DNA of 64,000 nt, taken from the NCBI GenBank assembly GCA_965228475.1, contig OZ245817.1:2528001-2592000 (forward strand), given 5' to 3'. The position numbers and the translations under genes are program-made. The DNA comes from Myxococcota bacterium (GTDB taxonomy: Bacteria; Myxococcota_A; UBA9160; JAFDDA01). The notes beneath the pieces were generated by a model, which made no database searches, was not told the origin of the DNA, and saw only the letters and a list, made by a program, of their open reading frames with translations. Positions 16,162 through 25,789 of the stretch are shown here, one piece after another (position 1 is the stretch's first letter; every line of letters starts with the position of its first letter).

Positions 16162-17985
16162 ATGAACATCCTGGGAATTTCCGCCTACTACCACGACAGT
16201 GCAGCCTGCCTGGTGCAGGACGGCCGCATCGTGGCAGCGGCCCAGGAGGAACGCTTCACCCGCAAGAAGCATGACGCGGAGTTCCCCGCCCATGCGATGC
16301 ACTACTGCCTCGAAGAAGCGGGGATCGGCGTCGAGGACCTCGACCTCGTCGCCTTCTACGACAAGCCGCTCCTGAAGTTCGAGCGCATCCTCGAGACCTA
16401 TCTTTCCTACACGCCGCGCGGCTTCAAGCTCTTCATGATGGGCTTGCCCGTCTGGCTGAAGCAGAAGCTCCATACCCCTCGCGAGCTCGACAAGGGCCTC
16501 GGGGGCAAGTACGACGGCCGCTACGTCTTTCTCGAGCACCACGAGTCCCACGCCGCGAGCGCTTTCTTCCCCTCCCCCTACGACGAGGCGGTCATCCTGA
16601 CCCTCGACGGCGTCGGCGAGTGGGACACGGGCAGCATCGCCGTCGGCCGCGGCAACAAGATCGAGATGCTCGAGGAGCTGAAGTTCCCCCACTCCCTCGG
16701 CCTGCTCTACTCCGCCTTCACCTACTTCACCGGCTTCCGGGTGAACAGCGGCGAGTACAAGCTCATGGGCCTGGCGCCCTACGGCGAGCCGATCTACGCC
16801 GACCGCATCCGGGACAACTGCCTCGACATGAAGGAGGACGGCTCCTTCCGCATGAACATGGACTACTTCGCCTACACGCGGAAAGACGTCATGACGTCGG
16901 AGAAGATGGACTCTCTCTTCGACGGCCCGCCGCGGACGGCCGAGACCGAGATCACCCAGCGCGAAATGGACATCGCGGCTTCGATCCAGGTCGTGACCGA
17001 AGAGATCATGCTGCGCATCGCGCGGCACGCCCACCGCAAGACGGGGATCGACAACCTCGTGATGGCCGGTGGCGTGGCGCTCAACTGCGTCGGCAACGGG
17101 AAGATCCTGCGCGAAGGCCCGTTCAAGAATCTCTGGATCCAGCCGGCCGCGGGCGACGCCGGCGGCGCGCTCGGCGCGGCCCTCTTCACCTGGCACCAGC
17201 TGCTCGACAACCCCCGCGACAACGGGGGCAAGGACTCCCAGACCGGATCCCTCCTCGGCCCCCAGGCCAAGGAAGCCGACATCCGCTCCTTCCTCGATTC
17301 GGCGGGCGCCGTCTACCAGCACTACGACGAGGAAGAGAAGCTCTGCGACGCCGTGGCCGAGCTCATCGCCACCGAGAACGTCGTCGGGCACATGGGCGGA
17401 CGCATGGAGTTCGGACCCCGCGCCCTCGGGAGCCGCTCCATCCTCGGCGATCCGCGCTCGCCGAAGATGCAGTCGGTGATGAACCTGAAGATCAAGTTCC
17501 GCGAGTCCTTCCGGCCCTTCGCTCCGGCCGTCCTCCAGGAGGACGTCCACGAGTGGTTCGACATGAAGCCCGGCCAGGAGAGCCCCTACATGCTCCTCGT
17601 CGCCCCGGTCCGCGAGGACAAGTGCAAGCCCGTCGACGACAGCAAGAGCGGGCTCGACAAGCTCAAGCAGGAGCGCTCGGTGCTGCCCGCGATCACCCAC
17701 GTCGACTACTCCGCGCGCGTGCAGACCGTCGACCCGGAACGCTACCCGCGCTTCTACGGCATCCTCAGCCGCTTCAAGGCCAAGACGGGCTGCGGCGTGA
17801 TGATCAACACCAGCTTCAACGTCCGCGGCGAGCCGATCGTCTGCACCCCGGCGGACGCCTACCGCTGCTTCATGGGCACCAACATGGACGCCCTGGTGAT
17901 CGAGAACTTCGTCCTGCGCAAAGAAGACCAGCCGGACGCCGACGTCGACCGCGAGGCCTACCTCGCGAAGTTCGACCTGGACTAG
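16162..17985 (+). CDS. O-carbamoyltransferase (NodU/CmcH/SxtI family)
   Basis: MNILGISAYYHDSAA..AAQEERFTRKKH, EHHESHAAS, DGVGE, GEYKLMGLAPYG, AGGVALNC, EFGPRALG, KFRESFRPFAP, NTSFNVRGEPIV. Confidence 0.95.
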   Translation: MNILGISAYYHDSAACLVQDGRIVAAAQEERFTRKKHDAEFPAHAMHYCLEEAGIGVEDLDLVAFYDKPLLKFERILETYLSYTPRGFKLFMMGLPVWLKQKLHTPRELDKGLGGKYDGRYVFLEHHESHAASAFFPSPYDEAVILTLDGVGEWDTGSIAVGRGNKIEMLEELKFPHSLGLLYSAFTYFTGFRVNSGEYKLMGLAPYGEPIYADRIRDNCLDMKEDGSFRMNMDYFAYTRKDVMTSEKMDSLFDGPPRTAETEITQREMDIAASIQVVTEEIMLRIARHAHRKTGIDNLVMAGGVALNCVGNGKILREGPFKNLWIQPAAGDAGGALGAALFTWHQLLDNPRDNGGKDSQTGSLLGPQAKEADIRSFLDSAGAVYQHYDEEEKLCDAVAELIATENVVGHMGGRMEFGPRALGSRSILGDPRSPKMQSVMNLKIKFRESFRPFAPAVLQEDVHEWFDMKPGQESPYMLLVAPVREDKCKPVDDSKSGLDKLKQERSVLPAITHVDYSARVQTVDPERYPRFYGILSRFKAKTGCGVMINTSFNVRGEPIVCTPADAYRCFMGTNMDALVIENFVLRKEDQPDADVDREAYLAKFDLD

Positions 17986-17988
17986 CCG

Positions 17989-18435
17989 ATGGCGAAGATG
18001 GTCGAAATCGATTGGAACCCGGATCCGGGAACCCTGCGCCAGTTCGGCTGGGTGGCTCTCGTGGGCTTCTCGCTGATCGCCCTTCTGGCGCACCAGGAGT
18101 GGCTGATCTTCGCTTTCGGCCTCGGCGATGCGCGAATGAAGGTGGTCGTGGGCCTGCTCGCCGTCGGCGCCCTCGCCGCCCTGATCGGCCTCGTCTACCC
18201 GAAGGCCAACAAGCCCCTCTTCATCGGCCTGACGCTCCTGGCCTTCCCGATCGGGTTCGTACTCTCGTACGTCATCATGATCACCCTGTTCTTCGTGATC
18301 ATCGCGCCGATCGGGATCCTCATGCGCCTCGCCGGACGGGATCCGATGGAGCGTGAGATCGACCCGAACGCCGAGAGCTATTGGACGCCGGCCAAACCCG
18401 CGCCGCCCAACAGCCGCTACTTCCGCCAGTTCTAG
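17989..18435 (+). CDS. SxtJ-family membrane protein
   Basis: LRQFG, several TM segments, PIG..MRLAGRDPM..SYW..RQF; follows the carbamoyltransferase. Confidence 0.85.
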   Translation: MAKMVEIDWNPDPGTLRQFGWVALVGFSLIALLAHQEWLIFAFGLGDARMKVVVGLLAVGALAALIGLVYPKANKPLFIGLTLLAFPIGFVLSYVIMITLFFVIIAPIGILMRLAGRDPMEREIDPNAESYWTPAKPAPPNSRYFRQF

Positions 18436-18476
18436 GGCACCACGCCCTCCCCAAACTTCCACTCCGGGAGCCCGAC

Positions 18477-18674
18477 ATGTCCGATCAAGACGCGAAAGAC
18501 TTCATCGCCGAAGCCAAGGAAGAGCGCAGCGGGCTCGTTGGCGAGTTCACCGACTTCCTGCGAGAGAACAAGAAGTGGTGGCTCGCGCCCATCATCGTCT
18601 CGATCCTGGCCCTGGGGGCTCTCGTGCTCCTCGGCGGGACGGCCGCGGCGCCCTTCATCTACACGCTCTTCTAG
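18477..18674 (+). CDS. DUF5989 / SxtK-like small membrane protein
   Basis: FLRENKKWWLAPII...AAPFIYTLF hallmark. Confidence 0.9.
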   Translation: MSDQDAKDFIAEAKEERSGLVGEFTDFLRENKKWWLAPIIVSILALGALVLLGGTAAAPFIYTLF

Positions 18675-18754
18675 AGCCGGTCTCAAAACTGTGAAGCGGG
18701 CTCGGCCCTCCTGGGCGGGCCGGACCCGCAGGAGATTTCTGAGACGGGCTCTAG
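18671..18754. mobile_element. MITE-like element: imperfect terminal inverted repeats bounded by CTAG
   Basis: CTAG-AGCCGGTCTCAAAA...TTTCTGAGACGGGCT-CTAG with an internal palindrome; no coding capacity. Confidence 0.5.
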
Positions 18755-18779
18755 CCGCGGGAGCGGCCCGGAAGGGCCG

Positions 18780-19427
18780 CTAGCGAGCTTCGTCCGGGAA
18801 GCAGGCGTCGCGCTGGTGCCGGTAGGCGGCGATCAGCCAGTCGCGCGTCTTTTCCCGGGCCACGGAGAGCTTGCCCGGCATGACGGGGCCCCCCGCGATC
18901 AGCAGCGTCAGCGGACGCGTGGCGTCGAGCACGAGTTCGGGAGCCCGCTTGAGCTGGGCCAGGCTCGGGTGCCGGACCGGCTCGCCTCCGAAGACGAACA
19001 GGTAGCTCGCGACGGCTCGGCGGCCGTTCGCGCGGTCGATGATGGTCTGGATCGGGAGCGTCTTGCCGTCGACCTCGACGTGTTCGACCTCCCGCTGCCC
19101 GGCCTCGAACTGCCCGAGCAGGATGCCCGGCGGACGCGTGTAGAGCCGGATCGCATCGAAGGAGCGCACCAGCGCTCCGCGCAGCTCGACGCCCCGCTCG
19201 CCGATGTCGATCTCCGCCTGGGTCCACTGGGGCACGTCCTCGTCGTACCTCTCGAGGCGTTCGGAAAAGGTCCGGGTGAACGGCAGGCCCTTGATCTCGA
19301 GCGCCCGCTCGGGGTCCTGGCAGTCATCGTGGCGGCGCACCTCGAAGCGTGCGACCGCCAGCGGCGCGAGCAGCACCCCGACCGCCACGAGAAGCCACGG
19401 CGCGTGGCGGCCCGACAGATGGATCAT
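18780..19427 (-). CDS. exosortase-associated EpsI-family protein
   Basis: ATGA overlap with the exosortase, single N-terminal TM, periplasmic domain with VASYLFVFGG. Confidence 0.6.
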   Translation of the reverse strand: MIHLSGRHAPWLLVAVGVLLAPLAVARFEVRRHDDCQDPERALEIKGLPFTRTFSERLERYDEDVPQWTQAEIDIGERGVELRGALVRSFDAIRLYTRPPGILLGQFEAGQREVEHVEVDGKTLPIQTIIDRANGRRAVASYLFVFGGEPVRHPSLAQLKRAPELVLDATRPLTLLIAGGPVMPGKLSVAREKTRDWLIAAYRHQRDACFPDEAR

Positions 19428-20530
19428 GCCAGGGCTTCGCGCAGGTTGTCGCGGTCCGACACCATGAACAGGACGAGCAGCACGAGCCAGAACGTCGCGA
19501 CGCCCGAGGCACCGTGGAACGCGGTGTCGAGCAGGTCCGAACCGAACCAGTGCGCCGCGACGACCAGCAGGAAGACCCGCAGCGTGTTGCAGAGCAGCGC
19601 CAGCGGCCACGCCGCCACCAGCAGCGCCAGGCGGCGCCAGTTCGAGCGCGCATAGCGAGCGAGGATCAAGGAGAGCCCGACCGCGGCGTAGAGGGTCGAG
19701 AAGCCGCTACAGGCGTCGGCGACCAGGAAGGTCTCCTTCGGCAGGACCAGGAGCGTGTCCTCGCGAAGCACGGGGATCCCCACGAACCGGATCATGGGCT
19801 CGACGAGCTGCGCCGTCCAGCTGCGCAGGAACAGGTGCGCGCCCATCATGTTCGGGATCGGGATCATGAACACGCCGAGCAGGAGCGGCATCGCGAGCAT
19901 CCGCGTTCGACGGATGCCGAGCAGCAGCAGCGAGAGCCCGGGCAGCAGAAAGACGAAGCCGACCGCAGCCAGGTACGCGGTCCGCAGCGCGAAGTCCGCC
20001 GAGGCCGCCAGCAGCGCGGGTACGACCAGCGCCAGGCCCCAGAGTGACCCCTCGGGCCGCTCGGGATGCGGATCTGCGCGCAGCGCGTTGGCCGCGAGGT
20101 AGGCCATCAGAAAGGGCATGAAGAGCCCGTGCCCGTTCTCCCAGATGTTCCCGGTCCACTTGTCGTAGAGGAAGACGAAGGTCGGCGCGAAGAAGACGAC
20201 CAGCAGCACCAGGGCCAACCAGACCATCGGCGAAATCGAGCGGGCTGGGACGCCGAAGATCGGTGCGTCCGCGGGCGTCTCCTCGACCGGGTCCCACCAC
20301 AGGCGCCACGCCGCCACGCCGATCGCCGTTCCCACGCCGGCGATCAGTTTCACCACGAGCTCCTGGGGCACGAAGGGACTGACGGCGATGGTCACGCCGG
20401 CGACGGCGGCGAGCACGAGAGTCCGGAGCGGTTCCTGGCGCAGCAAGGGACTCCCTGGGATGAAGGGCTCGGGCCGGGGACATCGGGAAACGCCGCCACG
20501 GCCCGACCCGGCCGCGCGGAGCTCGCGCAC
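19424..20530 (-). CDS. exosortase/archaeosortase family protein (EpsH-like)
   Basis: GHGLFMP, MIPIP, VLREDTLL, VADACSG (catalytic Cys), CNTLRV (Arg), FHG (His); multi-TM; start uncertain. Confidence 0.9.
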   Translation of the reverse strand: MRELRAAGSGRGGVSRCPRPEPFIPGSPLLRQEPLRTLVLAAVAGVTIAVSPFVPQELVVKLIAGVGTAIGVAAWRLWWDPVEETPADAPIFGVPARSISPMVWLALVLLVVFFAPTFVFLYDKWTGNIWENGHGLFMPFLMAYLAANALRADPHPERPEGSLWGLALVVPALLAASADFALRTAYLAAVGFVFLLPGLSLLLLGIRRTRMLAMPLLLGVFMIPIPNMMGAHLFLRSWTAQLVEPMIRFVGIPVLREDTLLVLPKETFLVADACSGFSTLYAAVGLSLILARYARSNWRRLALLVAAWPLALLCNTLRVFLLVVAAHWFGSDLLDTAFHGASGVATFWLVLLVLFMVSDRDNLREALA

Positions 20531-20832
20531 CCGGTGGGCGGCCGGTGGCCCAACCCGACGAGTGCACTTCCTCTGGTTTCGGAGGACGTTACAGCAAACC
20601 TGAGTCGCCGCTGCCGGGGCCGGGGCGGCGAAATCCCGGCGCGCAGGTCAGGCGGGCGCGGTATGCTGGCGTTGCGGCGCGAGCCACCGGAGCGCGCCGC
20701 ACCCCGACCGGGCCGGAGAAGCCCGGCCGCGGCCAGGAGGAGCGGAAATCCTGGTCAGGATCAGCCGGTTACGGGGTATGATTGCCGGCCACGGCCACGG
20801 CGACGACCGGGCCAAGCGAAGGAGAAGGCACG

Positions 20833-21150
20833 ATGACACGATTCCTGGCCCTGGCTGCCGCGTTGGCCCTCGTCGCGGGGACCGCGGTTGCGGACATGCA
20901 CGAGGGCGGTGAAGCCATGATGGAGGAGGCGCCCGCCTACCAGCTCGACACGGAGTTCGTGTGCGGCTCGGCCCTCGAATCCCAAGGCCACTACGCCGAC
21001 AACCTGATCACCTGGCTCCAAGGTCGCTGCCAGGACGGGTTCATCGGGGCGGACGTCTGCAAGGAAATCAACCACTACGTGGCCGCCTACAACGCTCAGG
21101 TCAAGGAACAGGTCGCGGCCTGCCACGAGAAGATCAAGAGCGGCGGCTGA
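20833..21150 (+). CDS. small secreted protein with four Cys
   Basis: AAGGAGAAGG SD, signal MTRFLALAAALALVAGTAVA, GC-rich third codon positions. Confidence 0.75.
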   Translation: MTRFLALAAALALVAGTAVADMHEGGEAMMEEAPAYQLDTEFVCGSALESQGHYADNLITWLQGRCQDGFIGADVCKEINHYVAAYNAQVKEQVAACHEKIKSGG

Positions 21151-21291
21151 TCGGTCCAGGCGAGGACGGCGCGAGGCCGTCCTTCGTCGATCCCGAGCCG
21201 GCCCGGCATCCGTCCGGCCGGCTCGGGGCGACCTCCCGCCCGCGTCTCTCCCCTGAGGCGCCACGGGCCCGCGTCGGGCCCCTCCCCCCGA

Positions 21292-22884
21292 TCAACGTAC
21301 GTAGCCGAGCGCTCGAAGCCGCTCGGTCATGGCGTCGTCGTCGACGCTCCTGCCTTCCGCAGCGGTCTCGGCGAGGCTCGGTAGATCCTCCGCCGGGACG
21401 ACCCGCACCGGATTCGCCGCCAGGTAGGCGGGCGCCAGCCACGCCTTCGGGAAGCGCCCCTCGAGATCGTCCGGGACCGGCTGGCCGGCCAGGTACGCAA
21501 TGAGCGAGGCGATGTCGAGGACGGAGATCCGCCCGCGTTCGGCGACGGCCTTCAAGGGCCCGCCCGCGGCGACGAAGACCGCGATCGGATGGTGGGTGCC
21601 ATCGAAGCGCTCGACGAAGGCGAGATCCCCGGCGCGGACCGGCTTTCCCGCGACGCGCAGGGTGGCGTCCGGGCCGAGCTCGGTCATGCGGCCGTCGTGG
21701 AAGCGGGCGATCACCCAGCCGTGGGCCGGCTCGTCGAACTCCGCGCCGAAGAAGCGGCGTGCCACGAAGCGCAGCCCGTACTGCTTCGCGCGCTCGAACC
21801 AGGAGCGCGCGGCCTCGGCCGGCCGCGGCGCTTCGTCGAGCTGCATCACCCGCATCAACGGAGCGCCCTCGGCGTCGGTGATGGATTCGTAGAAGGCGAC
21901 CACCCGGGCCTGGACCGCGTCGCGCGCAGCGAACGGGCCGGGGTGGATGCGCACGACGGAGATGCCCCACTCCCGGATCACCGTGAAGCCATCGCGGCTT
22001 TCGTCGAGACCCGCGGAGGCGAGGTACTCCTTCGCGCGGCCGACCCAGATCCCCTCGTCGCGTTCCGGGTCCGCCTGGAAGCCGTGGTCCGAAGCGATCA
22101 TCAGCACGTCCTCGGGGCCGAGGGCCGCCGCAATCTGCCCAAGGCCCGCATCGACCTGCCGCATCGCCTCGAAGAGCAGGCTCCCCTCGCGCGGCGCCGC
22201 GCGCCGGGGCCCGTCGCCGAAGTCCTCGGGGTACGCCTCCCGCCAGAAGCGGTGCGACGCGCGGTCGACGCCGTAGAGAATCGTGGCGGCGACCTCCGGC
22301 TCGAAGCGCTCGACCAGCCGCAGGAAGAGACCGGGCTTGCGCGCGAGTTCGTCGCGGATCTGGGCGACGGCCTCCTCACGGCTGAAGGCCGGCTCCGGGT
22401 AGTCGAAGCGCCAGGGTGCGACGCCGGCCTGCTCGAAGAGGTCCGGCGGGAAGACGCTCGGGTCGCGCCGCATCCACCCCGGTGCCGCGAACCCGCCCGG
22501 CAGGCTCGGCGGCGGCCAGCTCACGAGATACTCGAAGAGTCCGACGCGAACGCCCGCCGCTGCGAGGCGTTCGAACACCGTCGGCGTCTTCACGTCGAGG
22601 CGGGTCGCCAGGAAACCGCCGATGCCATGGGCCTCCGGCGAGCGGCCCGTGGCCACGCTCGTCCAGACCACGGGCGAGACCACCGGCTCGACCGTCTCGA
22701 GCTCCGCCGAGACGCCGCGGCGCAGGAGCGCGTCGAAGGCCGGCAGGTGCCCCTCGGCGCGCATCCCGTCGATCACCCGCCAGGAGGCGCCGTCGATTCC
22801 GACCAGCACGACCCGCGCCTCCGCCGCCGGCGGAACGAGGCCGAGCCAGAGGGACAGCATCGCGGCGCGGGCCACGCGACTCAT
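21292..22884 (-). CDS. alkaline phosphatase superfamily (nucleotide pyrophosphatase/phosphodiesterase-like) protein, exported
   Basis: VVLVGIDGA, SPVVWTSVATG, DRASHRFW, IASDHGF, C-terminal ERLRALGY. Confidence 0.88.
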   Translation of the reverse strand: MSRVARAAMLSLWLGLVPPAAEARVVLVGIDGASWRVIDGMRAEGHLPAFDALLRRGVSAELETVEPVVSPVVWTSVATGRSPEAHGIGGFLATRLDVKTPTVFERLAAAGVRVGLFEYLVSWPPPSLPGGFAAPGWMRRDPSVFPPDLFEQAGVAPWRFDYPEPAFSREEAVAQIRDELARKPGLFLRLVERFEPEVAATILYGVDRASHRFWREAYPEDFGDGPRRAAPREGSLLFEAMRQVDAGLGQIAAALGPEDVLMIASDHGFQADPERDEGIWVGRAKEYLASAGLDESRDGFTVIREWGISVVRIHPGPFAARDAVQARVVAFYESITDAEGAPLMRVMQLDEAPRPAEAARSWFERAKQYGLRFVARRFFGAEFDEPAHGWVIARFHDGRMTELGPDATLRVAGKPVRAGDLAFVERFDGTHHPIAVFVAAGGPLKAVAERGRISVLDIASLIAYLAGQPVPDDLEGRFPKAWLAPAYLAANPVRVVPAEDLPSLAETAAEGRSVDDDAMTERLRALGYVR

Positions 22885-24287
22885 GCGCCCTCCCCCGGCT
22901 TCGAGCGGGTGAAGAAGTAGGCGACGCCGCCGACGGCCACGGTCAGCAGGCCGAGCGAGGATTCGAGGGGCCGGGCCTCGAAGGCCCAGAACATCGTCCA
23001 GGTCGAGATCGCGAGGAAGAGCAGCGGCGGCAGCGGATAGGCCCAGACCCGGAAGGGCCGCGGCAGATCCGGCCGCCGGATGCGCAGCACGATCACGCTC
23101 GCGACCGCGAGACTCCCGAACAGACTCAGCGTGAACCCGGCGTACTGCATGATCTGGTCCACGGAGCCCGCCAGGATGATCGCGCTCGTCACCAGGCCCT
23201 GGAGGAGAAGCGAGCGCAGCGGGGTGCCGTCGGCCTGGGTCTGCGAGAGGAAGCCGAGCGCGGGTGTGTCGCGCCCGACGGCGTAGTAGACGCGCGGGCC
23301 CGCCAGGGTCATGGCCGAGGCCGAGGCGAGCAGCGAGACCGCGAGAACGAGGATCGTCGCCGTGACGCCGCCTTCGCCGAAGAGGCCCCGCGACGCGACG
23401 AGCCCGACCTCGACCTTGCCGGCCAGCTCGTCGACGGAAGCGCCGTAGAAGTAGACCGCGTTCAGGCCGAGGTAGAGCAGCATCACCGTGGCCGTCCCAA
23501 ACAGCAGCGCCCGCGGAAGCGTCCGCTGGGGCTCCCGCAGCTCGCCCGCGAGATAGGCCGCCGCGTTCCAGCCCGAGTAGCAGAACATCACGAAGATCAG
23601 CGAGGTCGCGAACGCCCCGAGCGCCGCGGTCCCCTCGGGCCGCGCGATCGTCTCCGATGCGCGGAACAGCCCCGCGGCGTCGCCGTCACCGACCGCCGCG
23701 GCGCCGAGCAGGATGCCGAGGATGCCCAGGACCTTCAGGGCGGTGAGGCCGTCGTTGATGCCGAGGCCCGCGCGCATGCGCAGTGCATGGGCGGCGATCA
23801 GCAGCCAGACGAGCCCGACGGCCAGCGTGTCGTTCAACCCGAGCGAACCGACGAGATCGGCGTCGGTCCCGAGCACGGGAAAGAAGTGGCTCCCGTAGCG
23901 GACGAGGCTCTCGAGCGCCGAGGCGATCGGCGCCGAGAAACCGGCCGTCAGCGAAACCAGCGCGCTCATGAACGCGAACGCCCCGCCGAAGGCCTCGCGC
24001 AGGTAGACGTACTCGCCGCCGGCGTGGGGCATGGCGGCGCCGAGCTCGCTGTAGGAGAGCGCGCCGCAGAGCGCGAGCACGCCGCCGAGGATCCACAGCC
24101 CGTAGATCCAGGTCGGGTCGCCGAGGGCCTGGGCCTGGAAGCCGGTCGTGGTGAAGATGCCTGCGCCGATCATGTTGGCGACGACGAGCGCGAAGGCCGA
24201 CCGCAGCGGGATGGAGCGCTTCTGCGCTGCGCCGGCCGCAGGCGCGCCCGAGCCCTGCCCTTGCGGGCCTGCCGGTGAATTGCTCAT
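22881..24287 (-). CDS. APC family amino acid permease
   Basis: ANMIGAGIF, YSELGAAMPHAGGEYVYL, YSGWNAAAYLAGE, RPFRVWAYP. Confidence 0.92.
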   Translation of the reverse strand: MSNSPAGPQGQGSGAPAAGAAQKRSIPLRSAFALVVANMIGAGIFTTTGFQAQALGDPTWIYGLWILGGVLALCGALSYSELGAAMPHAGGEYVYLREAFGGAFAFMSALVSLTAGFSAPIASALESLVRYGSHFFPVLGTDADLVGSLGLNDTLAVGLVWLLIAAHALRMRAGLGINDGLTALKVLGILGILLGAAAVGDGDAAGLFRASETIARPEGTAALGAFATSLIFVMFCYSGWNAAAYLAGELREPQRTLPRALLFGTATVMLLYLGLNAVYFYGASVDELAGKVEVGLVASRGLFGEGGVTATILVLAVSLLASASAMTLAGPRVYYAVGRDTPALGFLSQTQADGTPLRSLLLQGLVTSAIILAGSVDQIMQYAGFTLSLFGSLAVASVIVLRIRRPDLPRPFRVWAYPLPPLLFLAISTWTMFWAFEARPLESSLGLLTVAVGGVAYFFTRSKPGEGA

Positions 24288-24422
24288 GGGCGCCTCATCC
24301 CCCGATCCCGTGCACAAGTGGTACGCTGCCGCGCCGGCCGACGCCGCAGTCTAACCACCCCCCGCACGATCGAGGAGTCCCGATCCGATGAAGCCCTTCG
24401 CCGCCCCGGGAGCGTCGACCCG

Positions 24423-25154
24423 ATGAAGTCCTACGCCGCTCCGCTCGGGCTCGTCGCCGTGCTGCTCGCGGGTGCCAACGTCTACCAGTGGCAGACGGCC
24501 GCGTGGTCCTCGGACCGGACGATCGCCGACCGCTTCACCTACGTCTGGGCCAACCAGCCCGACACCTGGTACCAGAACACCTTCATGGGGATCCAGACCT
24601 GGCAGAATCCCCTCGACGTCTGGGTGACCCTCGAGATCATCTGGGACGTCAAGCCCGATGCCATCCTCGAGACCGGCACCTTCAAGGGCGGCAGCGCCCT
24701 GCTCTGGGCGATGTTCCTCGAGCACGCCAACCCGAACGGCCGGGTCGTGACGATCGACCTCCACCCCCAGGCCTTCGACGCGCGCCGCCGCAAGCTCGCC
24801 ATCGAACGCATCGACTTCCACTACGGGAGCAGCACCGACGAAGAGATCGTCGGCAAGGTCTACGAGCAGCTCGAGGGCCAGAAGGTGCTCGCGATCCTGG
24901 ATTCCTGGCACGCGAAGGATCACGTGCTCGGGGAGCTCCGGGCCTTCGCGGATCTGATCCCGGTCGGCAGCTACATCATCGTCCAGGACGGCGCCGTCTG
25001 CGGCCACCCGCTCGACGACGCCGAGCCCTGCCCCGGCCCCTACGAGGCCGTTGAGGCGTTCCTCGCCGAAGACGACCGCTACGTCCCGATCCGGGAGCAC
25101 GAGCGCCACCTGATGACCGCGAACCCCATGGGCTTCCTCAAGCGGGTGAAATGA
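24423..25154 (+). CDS. CmcI (cephalosporin hydroxylase)/rhamnosyl O-methyltransferase family protein with N-terminal TM
   Basis: FMGIQTWQNPLD..IIWDVKPDAILETGTFKGGS, ILDSWH..HVLGEL, SYIIVQDG, NPMGFLKR. Confidence 0.88.
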   Translation: MKSYAAPLGLVAVLLAGANVYQWQTAAWSSDRTIADRFTYVWANQPDTWYQNTFMGIQTWQNPLDVWVTLEIIWDVKPDAILETGTFKGGSALLWAMFLEHANPNGRVVTIDLHPQAFDARRRKLAIERIDFHYGSSTDEEIVGKVYEQLEGQKVLAILDSWHAKDHVLGELRAFADLIPVGSYIIVQDGAVCGHPLDDAEPCPGPYEAVEAFLAEDDRYVPIREHERHLMTANPMGFLKRVK

Positions 25155-25789
25155 CGGGAGCAGCCTCCGAGAGGCGGCGGAAGCCGACGGGCGACACGCG
25201 GGAGCGCATCCTCGAGGTCGCCGAGGAGCTGGTGGCCCGGCACGGCATGGAAGGCCTGCGGCTGAAGGACGTGGCCGAGCGCGTCGGGATCCAGCCGCCC
25301 TCGGTCTTCGCCCACTTCGGCGGGCGCGAGGCGATCGGCGACGCCGTCGCCCACCGCGTGCTGTCCCGGATCGCCGAAGCGCTCGGCGCCGAACTCTCCC
25401 GGCCGGACTCCCCCGAGCGGCGCCTGCGCGCGGGCGTCCGCACCGTCGCCGAGCACCTCTACGATCACCCCGGTCACACGCGGCTGATCCTGCGCGACCT
25501 CGCCCGCACGCGGACCGGCGACGAACTCTCCCTCTGGTCGCCGGAGGTCGTCCGCCTCGTCGACCAGGTCGATGCCCTGCTCGCGGAGGGCGCCCGCGAA
25601 GGAGCCTTCCGCGAGGTTCCAACGACCTCGTTCTTCCCCATGATCGAGGGCGCCATCGTCGCGATGATCGGCTGGGCAGGCTTCCAGGAGGACGGCCGCC
25701 CCTCGACGTCCGCCTCCCGCGCACAGATCGTCGAACGCGTCGAAGACCTCGCCTGGAGCTACGTCCGGCCGGTAGCCGCGCCGAGCTAG
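25151..25789 (+). CDS. TetR/AcrR family transcriptional regulator
   Basis: TRERILEVAEELVARHG..LKDVAERVGIQPPSVFAHF HTH. Confidence 0.9.
   Translation: MTGAASERRRKPTGDTRERILEVAEELVARHGMEGLRLKDVAERVGIQPPSVFAHFGGREAIGDAVAHRVLSRIAEALGAELSRPDSPERRLRAGVRTVAEHLYDHPGHTRLILRDLARTRTGDELSLWSPEVVRLVDQVDALLAEGAREGAFREVPTTSFFPMIEGAIVAMIGWAGFQEDGRPSTSASRAQIVERVEDLAWSYVRPVAAPS

Noticed and set aside
16162..18674. Saxitoxin biosynthesis cluster
   Set aside because: Only sxtI/J/K-like genes are present; there is no sxtA, sxtG or other core gene in the window
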